Positions 19,465-30,395 of a stretch of 64,000 bases of DNA are shown one piece after another. The DNA is taken from the NCBI GenBank assembly GCA_049512935.1, contig JBEKWR010000007.1, positions 32,001 through 96,000 of the forward strand, in the 5' to 3' direction. Position 1 is the stretch's first letter; each line of letters begins with the position of its first letter. This stretch comes from Candidatus Bathyarchaeia archaeon (GTDB taxonomy: Archaea; Thermoproteota; Bathyarchaeia; Bathyarchaeales; Bathycorpusculaceae). Below the pieces are notes generated by a model. It ran no database searches. It saw only the letters and a program-made list of their open reading frames with translations, and was not told the origin of the DNA. The position numbers and the translations under genes are program-made.

Positions 19465-20406
19465 ATGGACAAAGACGCGAAAGACACCAAAATCAAAGCT
19501 TCAAAAGACCCCGAAGACCAAACCAAAACAACCGAACAAGTTCTCGCGGAGGAGGAACAAAGATTTAGGGAAGCTCCCAAGCTCAGCAGAAGTCCCTTTC
19601 ACGGTTTATGGGCGCTGACAAACAGAGACCTCCGAAAGTGGTACACTAACCCAATACAACTCTTTATTTCACTAATTCAACCAATTATCTGGCTTGGCCT
19701 TTTCGGCAAAGCCCTGAACTTTGGATCCTTCATCGCCGGGTCAGGAGCCTCCGTAGCGCAACAGGACATAATTTTGAAGAACTTTTTCGGAACAACAAGC
19801 TACTTCTCATTCTTGTCATGCGGAATGCTTGCTTTCATCGTCCTATTCACTTCAGCGTTCAGCGGAATGTCAGTAGTCTTCGACCGTAGATTCGGTTTCC
19901 TAAACAAAGCTCTGAGCACACCAGTTGCACGCGGATCAATTGTGATGGGCAAAATCCTAAATAGTGTTGGTAGATCTCTGATACAAGCAGCCATAGTTCT
20001 GGTGGTTGCAGTAGCTCTCGGGATGGATGCGTCACATTTCACCGTTCAAGGAATCGCTGCTGCATTCCTCCTGATCTTCCTTATGGCCGTCGGGTTATCT
20101 GCATTGTTCACGATGCTCGCACTAAGATCAGCCGATTGGCAAACACAAATGGCAATCATAAACCTACTAAACCTCCCACTACTATTCGCAAGTAACGCAT
20201 TGTTTCCAGTAAAAATAATGCCAGCTTGGCTTCAAGACGTCGTAAAAGTTAACCCTGTAAGCTACGCAGTCGACGGAATAAGACAGGTGTTGATTGGAGC
20301 GACAGGCATGAATAGTCTATGGCTTGACTTCGCGGTTGTGATAGGATTCGCGGTAATATTATCTGCAATCGGAATTGTTCTCTCTTGGAGATTCCTATCG
20401 AAATAA
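19465..20406 (+). CDS. ABC-2 type exporter permease
   Basis: Six hydrophobic segments, DRRFGFL, NPVSYAVDGIR. Confidence 0.93.
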   Translation: MDKDAKDTKIKASKDPEDQTKTTEQVLAEEEQRFREAPKLSRSPFHGLWALTNRDLRKWYTNPIQLFISLIQPIIWLGLFGKALNFGSFIAGSGASVAQQDIILKNFFGTTSYFSFLSCGMLAFIVLFTSAFSGMSVVFDRRFGFLNKALSTPVARGSIVMGKILNSVGRSLIQAAIVLVVAVALGMDASHFTVQGIAAAFLLIFLMAVGLSALFTMLALRSADWQTQMAIINLLNLPLLFASNALFPVKIMPAWLQDVVKVNPVSYAVDGIRQVLIGATGMNSLWLDFAVVIGFAVILSAIGIVLSWRFLSK

Positions 20407-20428
20407 AAGCCTAAAAGAAGTAGAAAAC

Positions 20429-20968
20429 ATGGGGTGGAATTCAGAAGAAAAAAACAATTCAATTTGGATAAGCCGAGAGTTTTCAAAATGCAGCGGCTGC
20501 CGCAAATGCGAAATCGCCTGCTCTTTGCAAAAAGAAAACAAAATTTGGCCTGAAGCGTCAAGGGTCCGCGTTTTCATGCTGGTGCCAGGCGCGGAGTTTC
20601 CTCATCTTTGCACTCAATGTGAGGATTATCCATGCGTTGGAGCCTGCCCGTTTAAGGCTCTTGGCGTGAACAAGGATACCAGCGCCGTCACGATTGATGT
20701 GGACAAATGCACAGGCTGCGGAAAATGCATTGATGCTTGCCCCGGAAAAGTTCCTCATATTCACCCTCAAACCAAGAAAATTTTGATTTGCGACCTCTGC
20801 GGCGGCGACCCGAAGTGCGCCAAGGTTTGCCAAGAAGGCGGCTGGAACTGCCTAAGAGTGGTCAAGAGGGGAGATAACGAGTTCAAGCTCTATTCCCGAA
20901 CCCCAGAGGAAACTTCCAGAAACCTTGCAATAAAAATGTATGGTGAGAAAGCGGAGGAACTTATGTAA
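20429..20968 (+). CDS. Multi-[4Fe-4S] small subunit of WOR5-type oxidoreductase
   Basis: CSGCRKCEIAC, IWPEASRVRV, CTQCEDYPCVGACP, CTGCGKCIDACP, CDLCGGDPKCAKVC; overlaps the next gene (TAATG). Confidence 0.9.
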   Translation: MGWNSEEKNNSIWISREFSKCSGCRKCEIACSLQKENKIWPEASRVRVFMLVPGAEFPHLCTQCEDYPCVGACPFKALGVNKDTSAVTIDVDKCTGCGKCIDACPGKVPHIHPQTKKILICDLCGGDPKCAKVCQEGGWNCLRVVKRGDNEFKLYSRTPEETSRNLAIKMYGEKAEELM

Positions 20969-22836
20969 TGCTGGGTTACGCTGGAAAATTCTTGGAAGTT
21001 GACCTTTCAATTTCAAGCTTCAAAAACACAACGCTTCCCGAAGAGTGGATAAGGGAATATATGGGTGGCAGAGCGCTCGCAGCAAAAATCCTCAGCGAAA
21101 GGCTGATCCACAAATGGGAAAAAGTGGATCCGCTGGGCCCTGAAAACCTGCTGTTTTTCATGACAGGCCCCTTCCAAGGTTACTTCCCAGGCGGCAGAAC
21201 CTGCGTAACAGGCAAATCTCCCCAAAGTAACGGCATGGTTGGCTCAACGGTTGGCGGCGAGTTCGCGGTGGAGCTTCGCTGCGCAGGCTACGACGGAATT
21301 ATCGTGTCAGGAAAAGCCGAGAAGCCAGTTTACCTGTTCATTAAAGACTCTGACGTCGAACTCAGGGACGCAAGCGGCATTTGGGGAAAAGATGGCAAAC
21401 AAACTGAAGCCTTGCTGAACCGCGAATGCAGAAAACTGCTCGCTGAACGTTATCCCCGCGTCGGCGTTTGGAAGGAACCAGCTAAACTCTACATCGGACC
21501 AGCCGGGGAACGGAAAGTTCGACCAGCCGCAGTCATCGCCAAGTGGACTCACGCGGCGGGTTACGGTGGCTACGGCGCCGTTATGGGTTCAAAGAACCTT
21601 AAGGCGGTCGCGGTTAAGGGCACGGGTCCGTTGCCTGAAGTTGCTGATTTGGAGAAAATCAAGCAGATGATCGATGAAGTCTGCAGAGGCAGTTACGCTA
21701 ATGTTATGTGGCGAAGATACGGGACTGGAGGCGGAGGCTACAGTTTCGGGGCTGACACAAGTTCTGAGCCTGTTCGCAACTGGCAGGAAGAGTGGCATGA
21801 CCAGAGAAGCTACGGTGTAGACCAGTTTGAGAACAGGGTTTGGGTGAAGCCTGCATGGAGCGATTTCGGTTGCCCGACGAACTGTTTGAAAATCAGCTGC
21901 ATCCGCGCAGGCAAATACAAGGGCGCCATAAGCGATAACCCCGACTATGAACTGCAGGCGTTTCTGGGTCCAAACTTAGGCTTGTTCACGCCTGAAGAAA
22001 ACGTGTACCTGTCTTCGCTTATTGAGGACTTGGGTTTCTGCGGAATCCAAGGCGGCAGCGTCTTAGGCTTCGCAGCGGAACTTTTCCAAAGAGGCATCCT
22101 GACCAAGACGGACCTGGACGGCATCGAACTGAAATGGGGCGACGTTGACGCTTTTGCTGCTATGGCAAAGAAAATTGCGCGTAGAGAAGGCATAGGCGAC
22201 GTCTTGGCTGAAGGAACCTACCGCGCGGCACTTAAGCTTGGAAAGATGAAGGACAAAAACCTCTTACCCTACGCCGTAACGGGAAAGGGCATCAGCATCG
22301 GCGCGCACGGAATCCGAAGCGGCAGAGACTTCTCCCGTGAAATAGGCTACGCATGCAGCGTGCAGGGCGGTGACCACTCATCTATGACGGATTTCCCCAT
22401 TGATGGGTGGGGCAGCGAAATTTGGACCATATTCAACGATTCAGCTGTGATGTGCATTTTCACCTCGTTTAGCCTTTCGCCGACGTTCCGATACGAATTC
22501 TACAGCGCCCTCACTGGCCAAACTTTGACCCGCAAGGGGTGGCTTAACGGCGGCGGGTTGAAGACGCTGGAGATACAGCGGGCTCTTCTGCTTCTCGGCG
22601 GACCAGACTTAACATGGAACTCAAAGGTTGACGATGACAACCCGGAACGGTTTTATGAGCCGCTGCCGACTGGACCATGCAAGGGGCAAGCGGCGGATAG
22701 GGCAAGCGTAAAGGAGAAAGTGAGGCGGTACTATGAACAAGCAGGATGGGACGAAAACGGCGTACCCACCAAAGAAACGTTAACTAGGCTGAAACTGGAA
22801 TATGTCGCGGAAAGCCTGAAGAGACTACGGAGTTAA
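20968..22836 (+). CDS. Tungsten aldehyde:ferredoxin oxidoreductase family, WOR5-like large subunit
   Basis: GYAGKFLEVDL, KSPQSNG, HAAGYGGYGAVMGSKNLKA, SSEPVRNWQEE, PDYELQA, VQGGDH, DDDNPERFYEPLP. Confidence 0.9.
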   Translation: MLGYAGKFLEVDLSISSFKNTTLPEEWIREYMGGRALAAKILSERLIHKWEKVDPLGPENLLFFMTGPFQGYFPGGRTCVTGKSPQSNGMVGSTVGGEFAVELRCAGYDGIIVSGKAEKPVYLFIKDSDVELRDASGIWGKDGKQTEALLNRECRKLLAERYPRVGVWKEPAKLYIGPAGERKVRPAAVIAKWTHAAGYGGYGAVMGSKNLKAVAVKGTGPLPEVADLEKIKQMIDEVCRGSYANVMWRRYGTGGGGYSFGADTSSEPVRNWQEEWHDQRSYGVDQFENRVWVKPAWSDFGCPTNCLKISCIRAGKYKGAISDNPDYELQAFLGPNLGLFTPEENVYLSSLIEDLGFCGIQGGSVLGFAAELFQRGILTKTDLDGIELKWGDVDAFAAMAKKIARREGIGDVLAEGTYRAALKLGKMKDKNLLPYAVTGKGISIGAHGIRSGRDFSREIGYACSVQGGDHSSMTDFPIDGWGSEIWTIFNDSAVMCIFTSFSLSPTFRYEFYSALTGQTLTRKGWLNGGGLKTLEIQRALLLLGGPDLTWNSKVDDDNPERFYEPLPTGPCKGQAADRASVKEKVRRYYEQAGWDENGVPTKETLTRLKLEYVAESLKRLRS

Positions 22837-22916
22837 CCCGCCCGTTTCACTAAATTAAACTTCACTGTTTGTTTACCCAAAAGATCGAACGGGAAGAAAA
22901 CAGCAAAGGGCAAGCA

Positions 22917-23213
22917 TTAGCCCATGATGGTGGGGTGCGCGTCTTCTTCATTTATGTGATGCATCACGTGGATTGCTAATCCCGTAGCGGCGCCTGCAGA
23001 AAGCCCAATTAACAAATCGTTAAGAGGCGCATAGTTGCCTACTAACCCGAAAACCACCAGCACGTCGAAAACCACTGCCACCGCCAAGTAGCCAACACAC
23101 CACATTTTAACGCTCATGCCTCTTGGCTTCTCAATGCCGATGCCTCCTAAAACGCCGAACATGATTAGGAAGCCTACTAAAGCGTAAATCCAATCGTAAC
23201 TCAACTTTTCCAC
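22917..23213 (-). CDS. Small membrane protein (3 TM)
   Basis: Three hydrophobic segments; His-rich tail HVMHH. Confidence 0.65.
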   Translation of the reverse strand: MEKLSYDWIYALVGFLIMFGVLGGIGIEKPRGMSVKMWCVGYLAVAVVFDVLVVFGLVGNYAPLNDLLIGLSAGAATGLAIHVMHHINEEDAHPTIMG

Positions 23214-23328
23214 CTGTTAGTCTGGCTATGTTTGTTTAGAGCCTTATTAGGTTATCGAATAAAGCCGCATCGAAGTTGCATCGTTACTAATCAGGGCAAA
23301 CACCGTTAACCTTTTTTAGCTTCAACCC

Positions 23329-25461
23329 ATGACTCTTAACTACCTCAAGGATGTGGATGCATTAACAAACTTCGACGCGAAACAATGCCACCGATGGGCA
23401 CAGCTGCTGCTTTTAAGGCGACAAAAGCTTAACCGTGCATTAGCCGCGATTGAAGAGAAAAACTTTGATTTAGCAAAGCACCTAATTTCAGAAATTTTTT
23501 CGGGTGTAAACGGCAAACAAGCTGACCCAGGAATGGCTGGCTCACTGCTTTATCACATGGCGATGGTTACAAAGATGGAGTCTGAAACCCGCGTGTTGCT
23601 GGACGAGTTTCAGTCGAGTTTACCCGACGTAACCCAAAAGCTTGGCGGCATCTACAGTGACTTTCAAGCCGACGCGAAAGACTTGACCAGAGAAATCACG
23701 TCTTTCACATTAAGCGCCCCAGAAATAGCTTCAAGTCCACACCTTGAAAGCGCCGACAAAATTAACCTTTTCAACAAGCTAAAGAAAGAACGAAAAGCAG
23801 TTGAAAACCTTCTAGACAGCAAAAATCCCAAGGACTCTGAAACGCTAAAAAAACTTTTCAATGCTTGGGCAGAGCAGATTGTGAGGATGCGGCTGATCCA
23901 AGAGTACGAGACAATTAAGGGTTTGCTCGTCACGGCTGAACTGGCAGAGAAATTCGGCGTGACAGCGCTGGAAGACGCAATGCAACGAGTGCAGGAAAGG
24001 TTCGGCAAAGAAACCGTTGACATAGCGCTTGACGTGACGCTTAAAGTGGGCATGCGAAGGGAAAAGCTGCAGTCAATCATGCTAAGCGACCACGCAATCA
24101 ACTACACGATGAGCACTGAAACGCTTGACGGGCACATGGAGTTTATGAATTGCCCAATCTTCGGAAGCCACAAATACGCAGAGGAAAAATATGGCGTGAG
24201 TCCCGAGGTGGCTTCACTTTTTTGCCGTCACTTCTGTTTTGCTCATGCCAGAGCAATGCTGGACACGGTTCTTCCATTCCCGTTTACGCTTTGGCAGCCC
24301 AAACGATTAGCCTTAGATGGCAACTGCGAGTATTACCTTAAACTGGCTTATTCTCCGCTTGCGAAGAAAGCTGAACGGTTTGTTCCGCTTGTTATGTCCT
24401 GGAATATTACCCGCGAATGCAACATGAAATGCTCACACTGCTACATCAACGCCACAGACAGAAAACTGGACGGCGAACTGAACACCGATGAAGCAAAAAA
24501 CCTGATGGACCAAATCTACCAGGTTAGCCGACCACTGCTTATACTTAGCGGCGGGGAGCCTCTTTTGCGCCCCGACATTTTTGAGCTAATCAAGTATGGT
24601 TCAAAGATTGGCTTGAAGATGGGTTTAGGAAGCAATGGAAGCCTGATTGATGAGGCGGCAGCAGCGAAGCTTAAGGACGCGGGGATAGCAACCGTTTCAA
24701 TCAGCCTGGACTCGAACATCCCAGGGCAGCATGATGAGTTTCGCGGAGTGTCTGGAGCTTGGCAAAAGGCGGTGGACGCCTGCAAGTTTCTGAGAAGAAA
24801 CAACGTGCTTGTTCAAGTGAACACGACCTTAACGCAGCAGAACTACAATCAAATAGACGACATAATGGCGCTCGCCGAAACCATCGGCGTAGAAAACTTC
24901 CACTTGTTCTTTCTCGTTCCAACAGGGCGAGGAACCAAAATCGCTGACATTTCACCCGAACAGTATGAGGAAATGATAACCAGGACGTTCGCGAAAACAG
25001 CCAATCACACGCTCAACGTGAGGCCTTCATGTGCGCCCCAGTTTATGCGTATCGCGAAAGACATGGGTTTGGACATGAGGCAGTGGATTCGCGGCTGCAT
25101 TGCAGGACTGTACTACTGCCGCATCTACCCTAACGGTGACGTGACGCCTTGCCCCTACTTGCCGATCAAGCTTGGAAACGTGCGGCAGAAAAGCTTCAAG
25201 GAAATTTGGTTTAACTCAGAAATCTTCAAAGCCTTAAGAGACCCCGACGCGCTGAAGGGCAAATGCGGCGTCTGTGAATACCGCTCGGTGTGCGGGGGCT
25301 GCCGAGCCCGCGCCTACGGCTTATCCAACGACTTCATCGATTACTGCGGAGACCTCCATGAACCTGCAGAACTAAGAAGGGATTACTTGACCGAAGACCC
25401 CTGGTGCGTGTACCAACCGAAGAATTGGCCACAAAAAGTTCAAACACCAAAGAGTAAGTGA
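23329..25461 (+). CDS. Radical SAM/SPASM protein (AhbD/NirJ-like) fused to a ~345-aa N-terminal domain
   Basis: SWNITRECNMKCSHCY, SGGEPL, FFLVPTGRG, RPSCAPQF, GCIAG...GDVTPCPY, CGVCEYRSVCGGCRARAY, EDPWCVY. Confidence 0.85.
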   Translation: MTLNYLKDVDALTNFDAKQCHRWAQLLLLRRQKLNRALAAIEEKNFDLAKHLISEIFSGVNGKQADPGMAGSLLYHMAMVTKMESETRVLLDEFQSSLPDVTQKLGGIYSDFQADAKDLTREITSFTLSAPEIASSPHLESADKINLFNKLKKERKAVENLLDSKNPKDSETLKKLFNAWAEQIVRMRLIQEYETIKGLLVTAELAEKFGVTALEDAMQRVQERFGKETVDIALDVTLKVGMRREKLQSIMLSDHAINYTMSTETLDGHMEFMNCPIFGSHKYAEEKYGVSPEVASLFCRHFCFAHARAMLDTVLPFPFTLWQPKRLALDGNCEYYLKLAYSPLAKKAERFVPLVMSWNITRECNMKCSHCYINATDRKLDGELNTDEAKNLMDQIYQVSRPLLILSGGEPLLRPDIFELIKYGSKIGLKMGLGSNGSLIDEAAAAKLKDAGIATVSISLDSNIPGQHDEFRGVSGAWQKAVDACKFLRRNNVLVQVNTTLTQQNYNQIDDIMALAETIGVENFHLFFLVPTGRGTKIADISPEQYEEMITRTFAKTANHTLNVRPSCAPQFMRIAKDMGLDMRQWIRGCIAGLYYCRIYPNGDVTPCPYLPIKLGNVRQKSFKEIWFNSEIFKALRDPDALKGKCGVCEYRSVCGGCRARAYGLSNDFIDYCGDLHEPAELRRDYLTEDPWCVYQPKNWPQKVQTPKSK

Positions 25462-25748
25462 TCGTGGCGCACCAGAAAATTTTTGGAGACGGAAACTATT
25501 TAAGACATCACTGTCTTTCAGGAACTTTAATTGGCAGTTAAATTTGGCTTTGGCAGCCCGCACGCTACTCTGTGACTGTGGACGCCAAATCAAAAGGAAG
25601 GCTGAAAAGATGCGAGAAGTCCACAAATCAAGTGATTCAAGGATTGCTGACGTGGCGACGGCTTCGTCGAATGCGACGGCGCGGAAGTCGATTGGTGACC
25701 GAGTCTTAACGTGCAAGTTTTTGACACTGAGGATAAAAAGACACTTTC

Positions 25749-26990
25749 TTGTTCAACGTTAAGGGGGCAATCAGGATCTCAAATGGCAGCCTTTATGGAA
25801 ATTTCTGGGGAATGTTTAAGCAAACTATCGTCGCTTACTTATTTGACATCGCGGGTTTAATCGCTGGTTTTCTGATTGCTTACCAACTTGACGTGTTCAA
25901 ACACTACCCATGGGCGTTGGCGCTTTATCCAGCGCTGATAAGCACGAGAATAATCAACGGGCTGCTCAGTGGGCACCTAAGCACCGCCTTGCATCTCGGA
26001 ACGATTAATCCTCAATTTTTGGGAAATACAAAAACATTTCATAAACTGATTCAAGCGATCATCGTCTTGACTTTGATAACAAGCTTAACTGTAAGCGTCA
26101 TATCACTTTTCTTCGGTTACTTGATTTTGGGTTTAAAGATAACTGATTTTCCCGCTATTCTTTCAGTGATGGTTTCAACGTTAGCGTTAGGTCTAGTTTT
26201 TTCTTTGGTCACCATTAAAGTTGCCTTCGTCTCTTTCAAAAGAGGATTGGACCCTGACATCGTCGTTTACCCAGTTATCGCGACGTTAGCCAGCGTTTTC
26301 ATCACGCTCTGTTACGTTGGAGTGCTAAGACTGATGTACGTTTTGCCAGGCGTGCTGATAATCGTGGCTATCGGCCTGGCACACGTTTTTCTTGTTTTGT
26401 ATTTAGTGTCAATTGACAGGAACGACCCGGAGTTTCTAAGAACAGTACGTGAATCATTGCTGATGATGATGCTTGTAGCGGTAATTGTTACGCTAACCGG
26501 AACCATTTTTGGAGGATTAACAAAGTTTACTCAAAAAGAAATCGTCACGATTGTCCCTGCACTGCTCACTGCTTACCCAGCCTTAATTAACAACATAAGC
26601 AATGTAGGTTCAGTTGTAGGTTCAACCGCTAACACCAAACTGGCTTTGGGCTTGCTTAGACCGACTTTCAGCTCGATAAAAAACCACGCCAAAAACATAA
26701 CTAGCGCGTGGTTAGCGTCATTTTTAATTTTCGTGATTTTAGCCCTCAGCTCTTTAGCAATTAACCGCGTATCCACTTTGCCAGGCATCATTAATGTGGT
26801 GGCGATAATTGGGGTGTCCAACGTGATAGCCGTCGTAGGCATAGTCATAGTGTCATACGGCATAGCAATACTGACGTTCAGAAGAGGCTTAAACCCCGAG
26901 AACTTTGTCATTCCACTTGAAACTTCATTTGCAACAATAATCACGTCAACAGCTTTGCTGGTAACTTTGCTCCTGCTGACGTTACATTGA
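25749..26990 (+). CDS. MgtE-like divalent cation transporter (duplicated membrane domain)
   Basis: LSTALHLG, RGLDPD..VYP and RGLNPENFVIP repeats; about 10 TM segments. Confidence 0.85.
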   Translation: MFNVKGAIRISNGSLYGNFWGMFKQTIVAYLFDIAGLIAGFLIAYQLDVFKHYPWALALYPALISTRIINGLLSGHLSTALHLGTINPQFLGNTKTFHKLIQAIIVLTLITSLTVSVISLFFGYLILGLKITDFPAILSVMVSTLALGLVFSLVTIKVAFVSFKRGLDPDIVVYPVIATLASVFITLCYVGVLRLMYVLPGVLIIVAIGLAHVFLVLYLVSIDRNDPEFLRTVRESLLMMMLVAVIVTLTGTIFGGLTKFTQKEIVTIVPALLTAYPALINNISNVGSVVGSTANTKLALGLLRPTFSSIKNHAKNITSAWLASFLIFVILALSSLAINRVSTLPGIINVVAIIGVSNVIAVVGIVIVSYGIAILTFRRGLNPENFVIPLETSFATIITSTALLVTLLLLTLH

Positions 26991-27044
26991 GGGCATAATT
27001 AAAATAATTCAAAACGGTATCTTATTTGGGAGAACCTCGGGAAC

Positions 27045-28244
27045 ATGCCAAAATTTGAAAAGATAGAGTATAAACCCATCGCCGTTAGGGAACTTCTGCT
27101 TGAAATGAAGAATCTATCTGAGCTTATGATTGATTTAGCCTACTCTGCGGCTTTGTACAATGATAAAGACCTCGCCGAGGACGTCCTTGCGCTTGAACGC
27201 CGAGTAGACACGTTAGCGTATCTTTTAGAAATGGAAATAATGGTTGCATCAAGAAACCCGAAAGAAGCAGAAGAAATGGTCGGCATTTCAAGGGTGGCTT
27301 CCGCCACGGACAAAATTTCTGACGCCGCAGCTGACATCGCGGCTATTGTGACTCGCAACATTGGGGTTCACCCGATTGTGGGGAAATTTTTCGAGAAAGT
27401 GGAAGAACGCCTGATGGAAGTAACCGTTAAGCCTAACTCAACGATCGTTGAAAAAACCATACGTGAGCTTAAATTAGCCCCAAGAATGGGCGTGGATATA
27501 ATTGCGATTCGCCGAAACAAGGATTGGATACTTGACCCGAAGAGCGAAGAAAGAATCTTTCAAGGCGATGTCCTGATCACGCGTGGGGCGCCAACAGGCA
27601 TAGAGGCGTTTAAAGATTTAGCCCAAGGCGAACTCGCAAAACTTAACGTTGAAGAACGCGCAAGATTCGAAGAGATAGGAACAAGATTCGTTGAGCTCAA
27701 GGACACATCAGAGTTAATGTTGGATTTAGCGTACTCTTCCCTCATGCTAAACAGCAAGGAGTTAGCTGAAGAAGTTGAACGTCTGGAGGAAATGGTGGAT
27801 CAACTGCACACAGAATTTGAGTTGCTTGCCCTAAAAAGCGACTTCAAAAAAGAAGAAGCTTCAGGTTTTCTTGGATTAATCAGGTTAGGTGTAGCGACAG
27901 AAAAAATAGCTGATGCAGCCGCTGACATCGCAGAAGTAGTGTTAAGAGGCATCGAACCGCACCCGATTTTGAAGCTGACAATCAAGGAGGCAAATGAAAC
28001 GGTCACCCAAGCCTGCGTCACCGCGGATTCTCCGCTTGTGAACAAGACTCTCAAAGAAGCACGGGTGCATGAAGAATCAGGCATGTGGGTTTTAGTTATC
28101 AAAAGAGGCGAGAAGTGTTTGCGTCCGCGTGCAGATTCAAGAATCCAAGTAGGCGACGTACTGGTTGCCTCAGGATACGCTGAGGGCGCCGACGATTTAA
28201 AGAAACTTGCCTCCCCAGCCCAAGCATGCAACATTGAGAGTTAG
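27045..28244 (+). CDS. PhoU/TrkA-C (RCK-C) tandem-domain protein
   Basis: Two repeats of EMKNLSELMIDLAYS/ELKDTSELMLDLAYS plus TrkA-C motifs (GVDIIAIRR, GMWVLVIKR). Confidence 0.88.
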   Translation: MPKFEKIEYKPIAVRELLLEMKNLSELMIDLAYSAALYNDKDLAEDVLALERRVDTLAYLLEMEIMVASRNPKEAEEMVGISRVASATDKISDAAADIAAIVTRNIGVHPIVGKFFEKVEERLMEVTVKPNSTIVEKTIRELKLAPRMGVDIIAIRRNKDWILDPKSEERIFQGDVLITRGAPTGIEAFKDLAQGELAKLNVEERARFEEIGTRFVELKDTSELMLDLAYSSLMLNSKELAEEVERLEEMVDQLHTEFELLALKSDFKKEEASGFLGLIRLGVATEKIADAAADIAEVVLRGIEPHPILKLTIKEANETVTQACVTADSPLVNKTLKEARVHEESGMWVLVIKRGEKCLRPRADSRIQVGDVLVASGYAEGADDLKKLASPAQACNIES

Positions 28245-28340
28245 CGTCTGTATTTCGGATTCATCAACGCTATAAACCAGTTGACACAATCTCTCAAAGG
28301 CGTTAGCTTATCGTTTGTATGAGACGAAGAGGGAAAAGAA

Positions 28341-28664
28341 ATGGTCACCTGCCCGAATCCTTCATGTGGAAGAGTTTTCTCTACACCACTCAAAACCTTG
28401 AATGTGCGCTATTCGGCGGAACCTTACCCAGCATGCCCATACTGCTTAACCAAAATTGTTGACTCAAAAGCTAAAACCGACCAATCGGCAGAGGGCGAAA
28501 AAAGTCTCTTCAAAGAAAAAGGGTCCAAAAACAAGGAGAACCCCGCAGGCTGCCATCATTACTTAGGCTTCTTAAGCGAAAGGGAAGATAAACAGCAAAT
28601 TTCAGACGAATGCATCGTTTGCAAAGCCCTACTCGAGTGCATGCTTCAAAAAATGAGAGCATAA
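28341..28664 (+). CDS. Hypothetical Cys-rich Zn-binding protein
   Basis: CPNPSC...CPYC and CHHYLGFL...CIVC...C motifs. Confidence 0.7.
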   Translation: MVTCPNPSCGRVFSTPLKTLNVRYSAEPYPACPYCLTKIVDSKAKTDQSAEGEKSLFKEKGSKNKENPAGCHHYLGFLSEREDKQQISDECIVCKALLECMLQKMRA

Positions 28665-28739
28665 TCAACGCCATTTGCCGCGCTAAGTAGAACACTAAGA
28701 ATTTAAAAAAATGAAGAATTGAATTTGAAAAAGGGATTT

Positions 28740-29066
28740 TTATTTCTTTTTGCCTGTTCCGGTGGATGTGTCTGCTGGAGCTGCTTCTTCTGCTTTGGGT
28801 TCTTCTTTCTTCTCTTCGATTTCTGTTGTTATTTCTTCAATTGGTTTTGGAGGGGGCGTTGTCGCCATTGTCCAGCCTATCCATGCACCGATTACTAGAA
28901 CAGCGACGAATGCTATGGTAACGAGAACCAATACTGCATCTAGCCTAACAGTGGTCGAATTCCACCCGAATATTTGAGGGACACTTACTAGAATTAGGTA
29001 GCCTACAATGATTATAACGCATACGGCAAGTATTGCTCCACCTATTCCTTGATCTTTGCTAACCAT
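28740..29066 (-). CDS. Small 2-TM membrane protein with acidic tail
   Basis: SKDQGIG...WIGWTMATTPPPKPIEEI, a conserved-looking archaeal pattern; GGTGA SD. Confidence 0.8.
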   Translation of the reverse strand: MVSKDQGIGGAILAVCVIIIVGYLILVSVPQIFGWNSTTVRLDAVLVLVTIAFVAVLVIGAWIGWTMATTPPPKPIEEITTEIEEKKEEPKAEEAAPADTSTGTGKKK

Positions 29067-29138
29067 TTAAGTCACCACTTTATAGCCATGTACTATGTCA
29101 AGCAATTTAAAGTTTGTCATGCTTAACAGAGCCCTCGC

Positions 29139-30395
29139 TTAAGTAGTTCCCATTTCCCATGTTGAAAGGTACTTCTTCTGTTCAGCCGTCAGCTGATCGA
29201 TGTCAACACCCATTGCCTTCAATTTAAGTTCAGCAACCATTTCATCGATTTCCTTAGGCACAGTGAAAACCTTTGCCTTCAGCTTTTCCGATTTAGCGAT
29301 ATATTCAGAGCATAAGGCTTGATTAGCAAAAGACATATCCATGACTTCGGAGGGGTGCCCCTCAGCAGCTGCAAGGTTCACCAGTCTGCCTTCTGCAAGC
29401 AAGTAGAGTTTTCTGCCATCCTTCAGCGTGTACTCTTCCATGTTAGGACGAATCGTCCGCTTGCCTGTCGAAAGAGATTCCAAATCGGGGATGGAGATTT
29501 CCACGTTGAAATGCCCGCTGTTACACATGATGGCGCCATCCTTCATCTTCTGCATATGCTCCTTGCGGATGACATGCAGATCGCCCGTTGCCGTAACAAA
29601 AATATCTCCCAAAGCCGCTGCTTCAGACATCGGCATAACCCTCAAGCCGTTCATGGCTGCTTCCAACGCGCGAGTAGGCTGCACCTCTGTGACTATCACG
29701 TTTGCGCCCATGCCTTGCGCCCGCATCGCTATGCCCCGGCTGCACCAGCCGTAGCCTCCCACCACAAAGTTCTTGCCCGCGATAAGAACTGAAGTTGCCC
29801 GAAGAATGCCGTCCATGGTGCTTTGCCCTGTCCCATAACGGTTATCAAAAAGATATTTCGTGTACGCGTCGTTCACGGCCACGATCGGGTACTTTAGGCT
29901 TCCATCCTTCTCCATTGCTCTTAAACGGATAACGCCTGTCGTGGTTTCTTCCGTTCCGCCTTTAACGTTCTTCAACTGCGCCTGACGCTTGCTGTGTAGG
30001 GTCCCGACCAAGTCTGCGCCGTCATCAAGAGTAATAGTCGGATTGTAATCTAGCGCGTTGTCAATGCACCTGTAATACTCCTCGGTGTTTTGTCCTCTCC
30101 AAGCAAAAACGTGAACGCCGCTTTCAGCCAACGCAGCGGCTACATCATCTTGGGTTGAAAGAGGGTTGGAACCGCACAACGCAACCTTGGCGCCGCCAGC
30201 AGTTAGCGCCTGCGCTAAGACGGCTGTTTCCTTAGTCACGTGAAGGCACGCACCCAACGTCAAGCCTTTTAATGGTTTTTCCTTTTCAAACCTGCTTTTT
30301 ATCAGGTTAAGCACGGGCATGTGACGCGATGCCCATTCAATCTGCAACCGCCCCTGCGGTGCTAAAGTTTTATCTTTAACTTGAAAGTCTTCCAA
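29139..30395 (-). CDS. ahcY: Adenosylhomocysteinase
   Basis: [63 protein letters not shown]. Confidence 0.97.
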   Translation of the reverse strand: MEDFQVKDKTLAPQGRLQIEWASRHMPVLNLIKSRFEKEKPLKGLTLGACLHVTKETAVLAQALTAGGAKVALCGSNPLSTQDDVAAALAESGVHVFAWRGQNTEEYYRCIDNALDYNPTITLDDGADLVGTLHSKRQAQLKNVKGGTEETTTGVIRLRAMEKDGSLKYPIVAVNDAYTKYLFDNRYGTGQSTMDGILRATSVLIAGKNFVVGGYGWCSRGIAMRAQGMGANVIVTEVQPTRALEAAMNGLRVMPMSEAAALGDIFVTATGDLHVIRKEHMQKMKDGAIMCNSGHFNVEISIPDLESLSTGKRTIRPNMEEYTLKDGRKLYLLAEGRLVNLAAAEGHPSEVMDMSFANQALCSEYIAKSEKLKAKVFTVPKEIDEMVAELKLKAMGVDIDQLTAEQKKYLSTWEMGTT

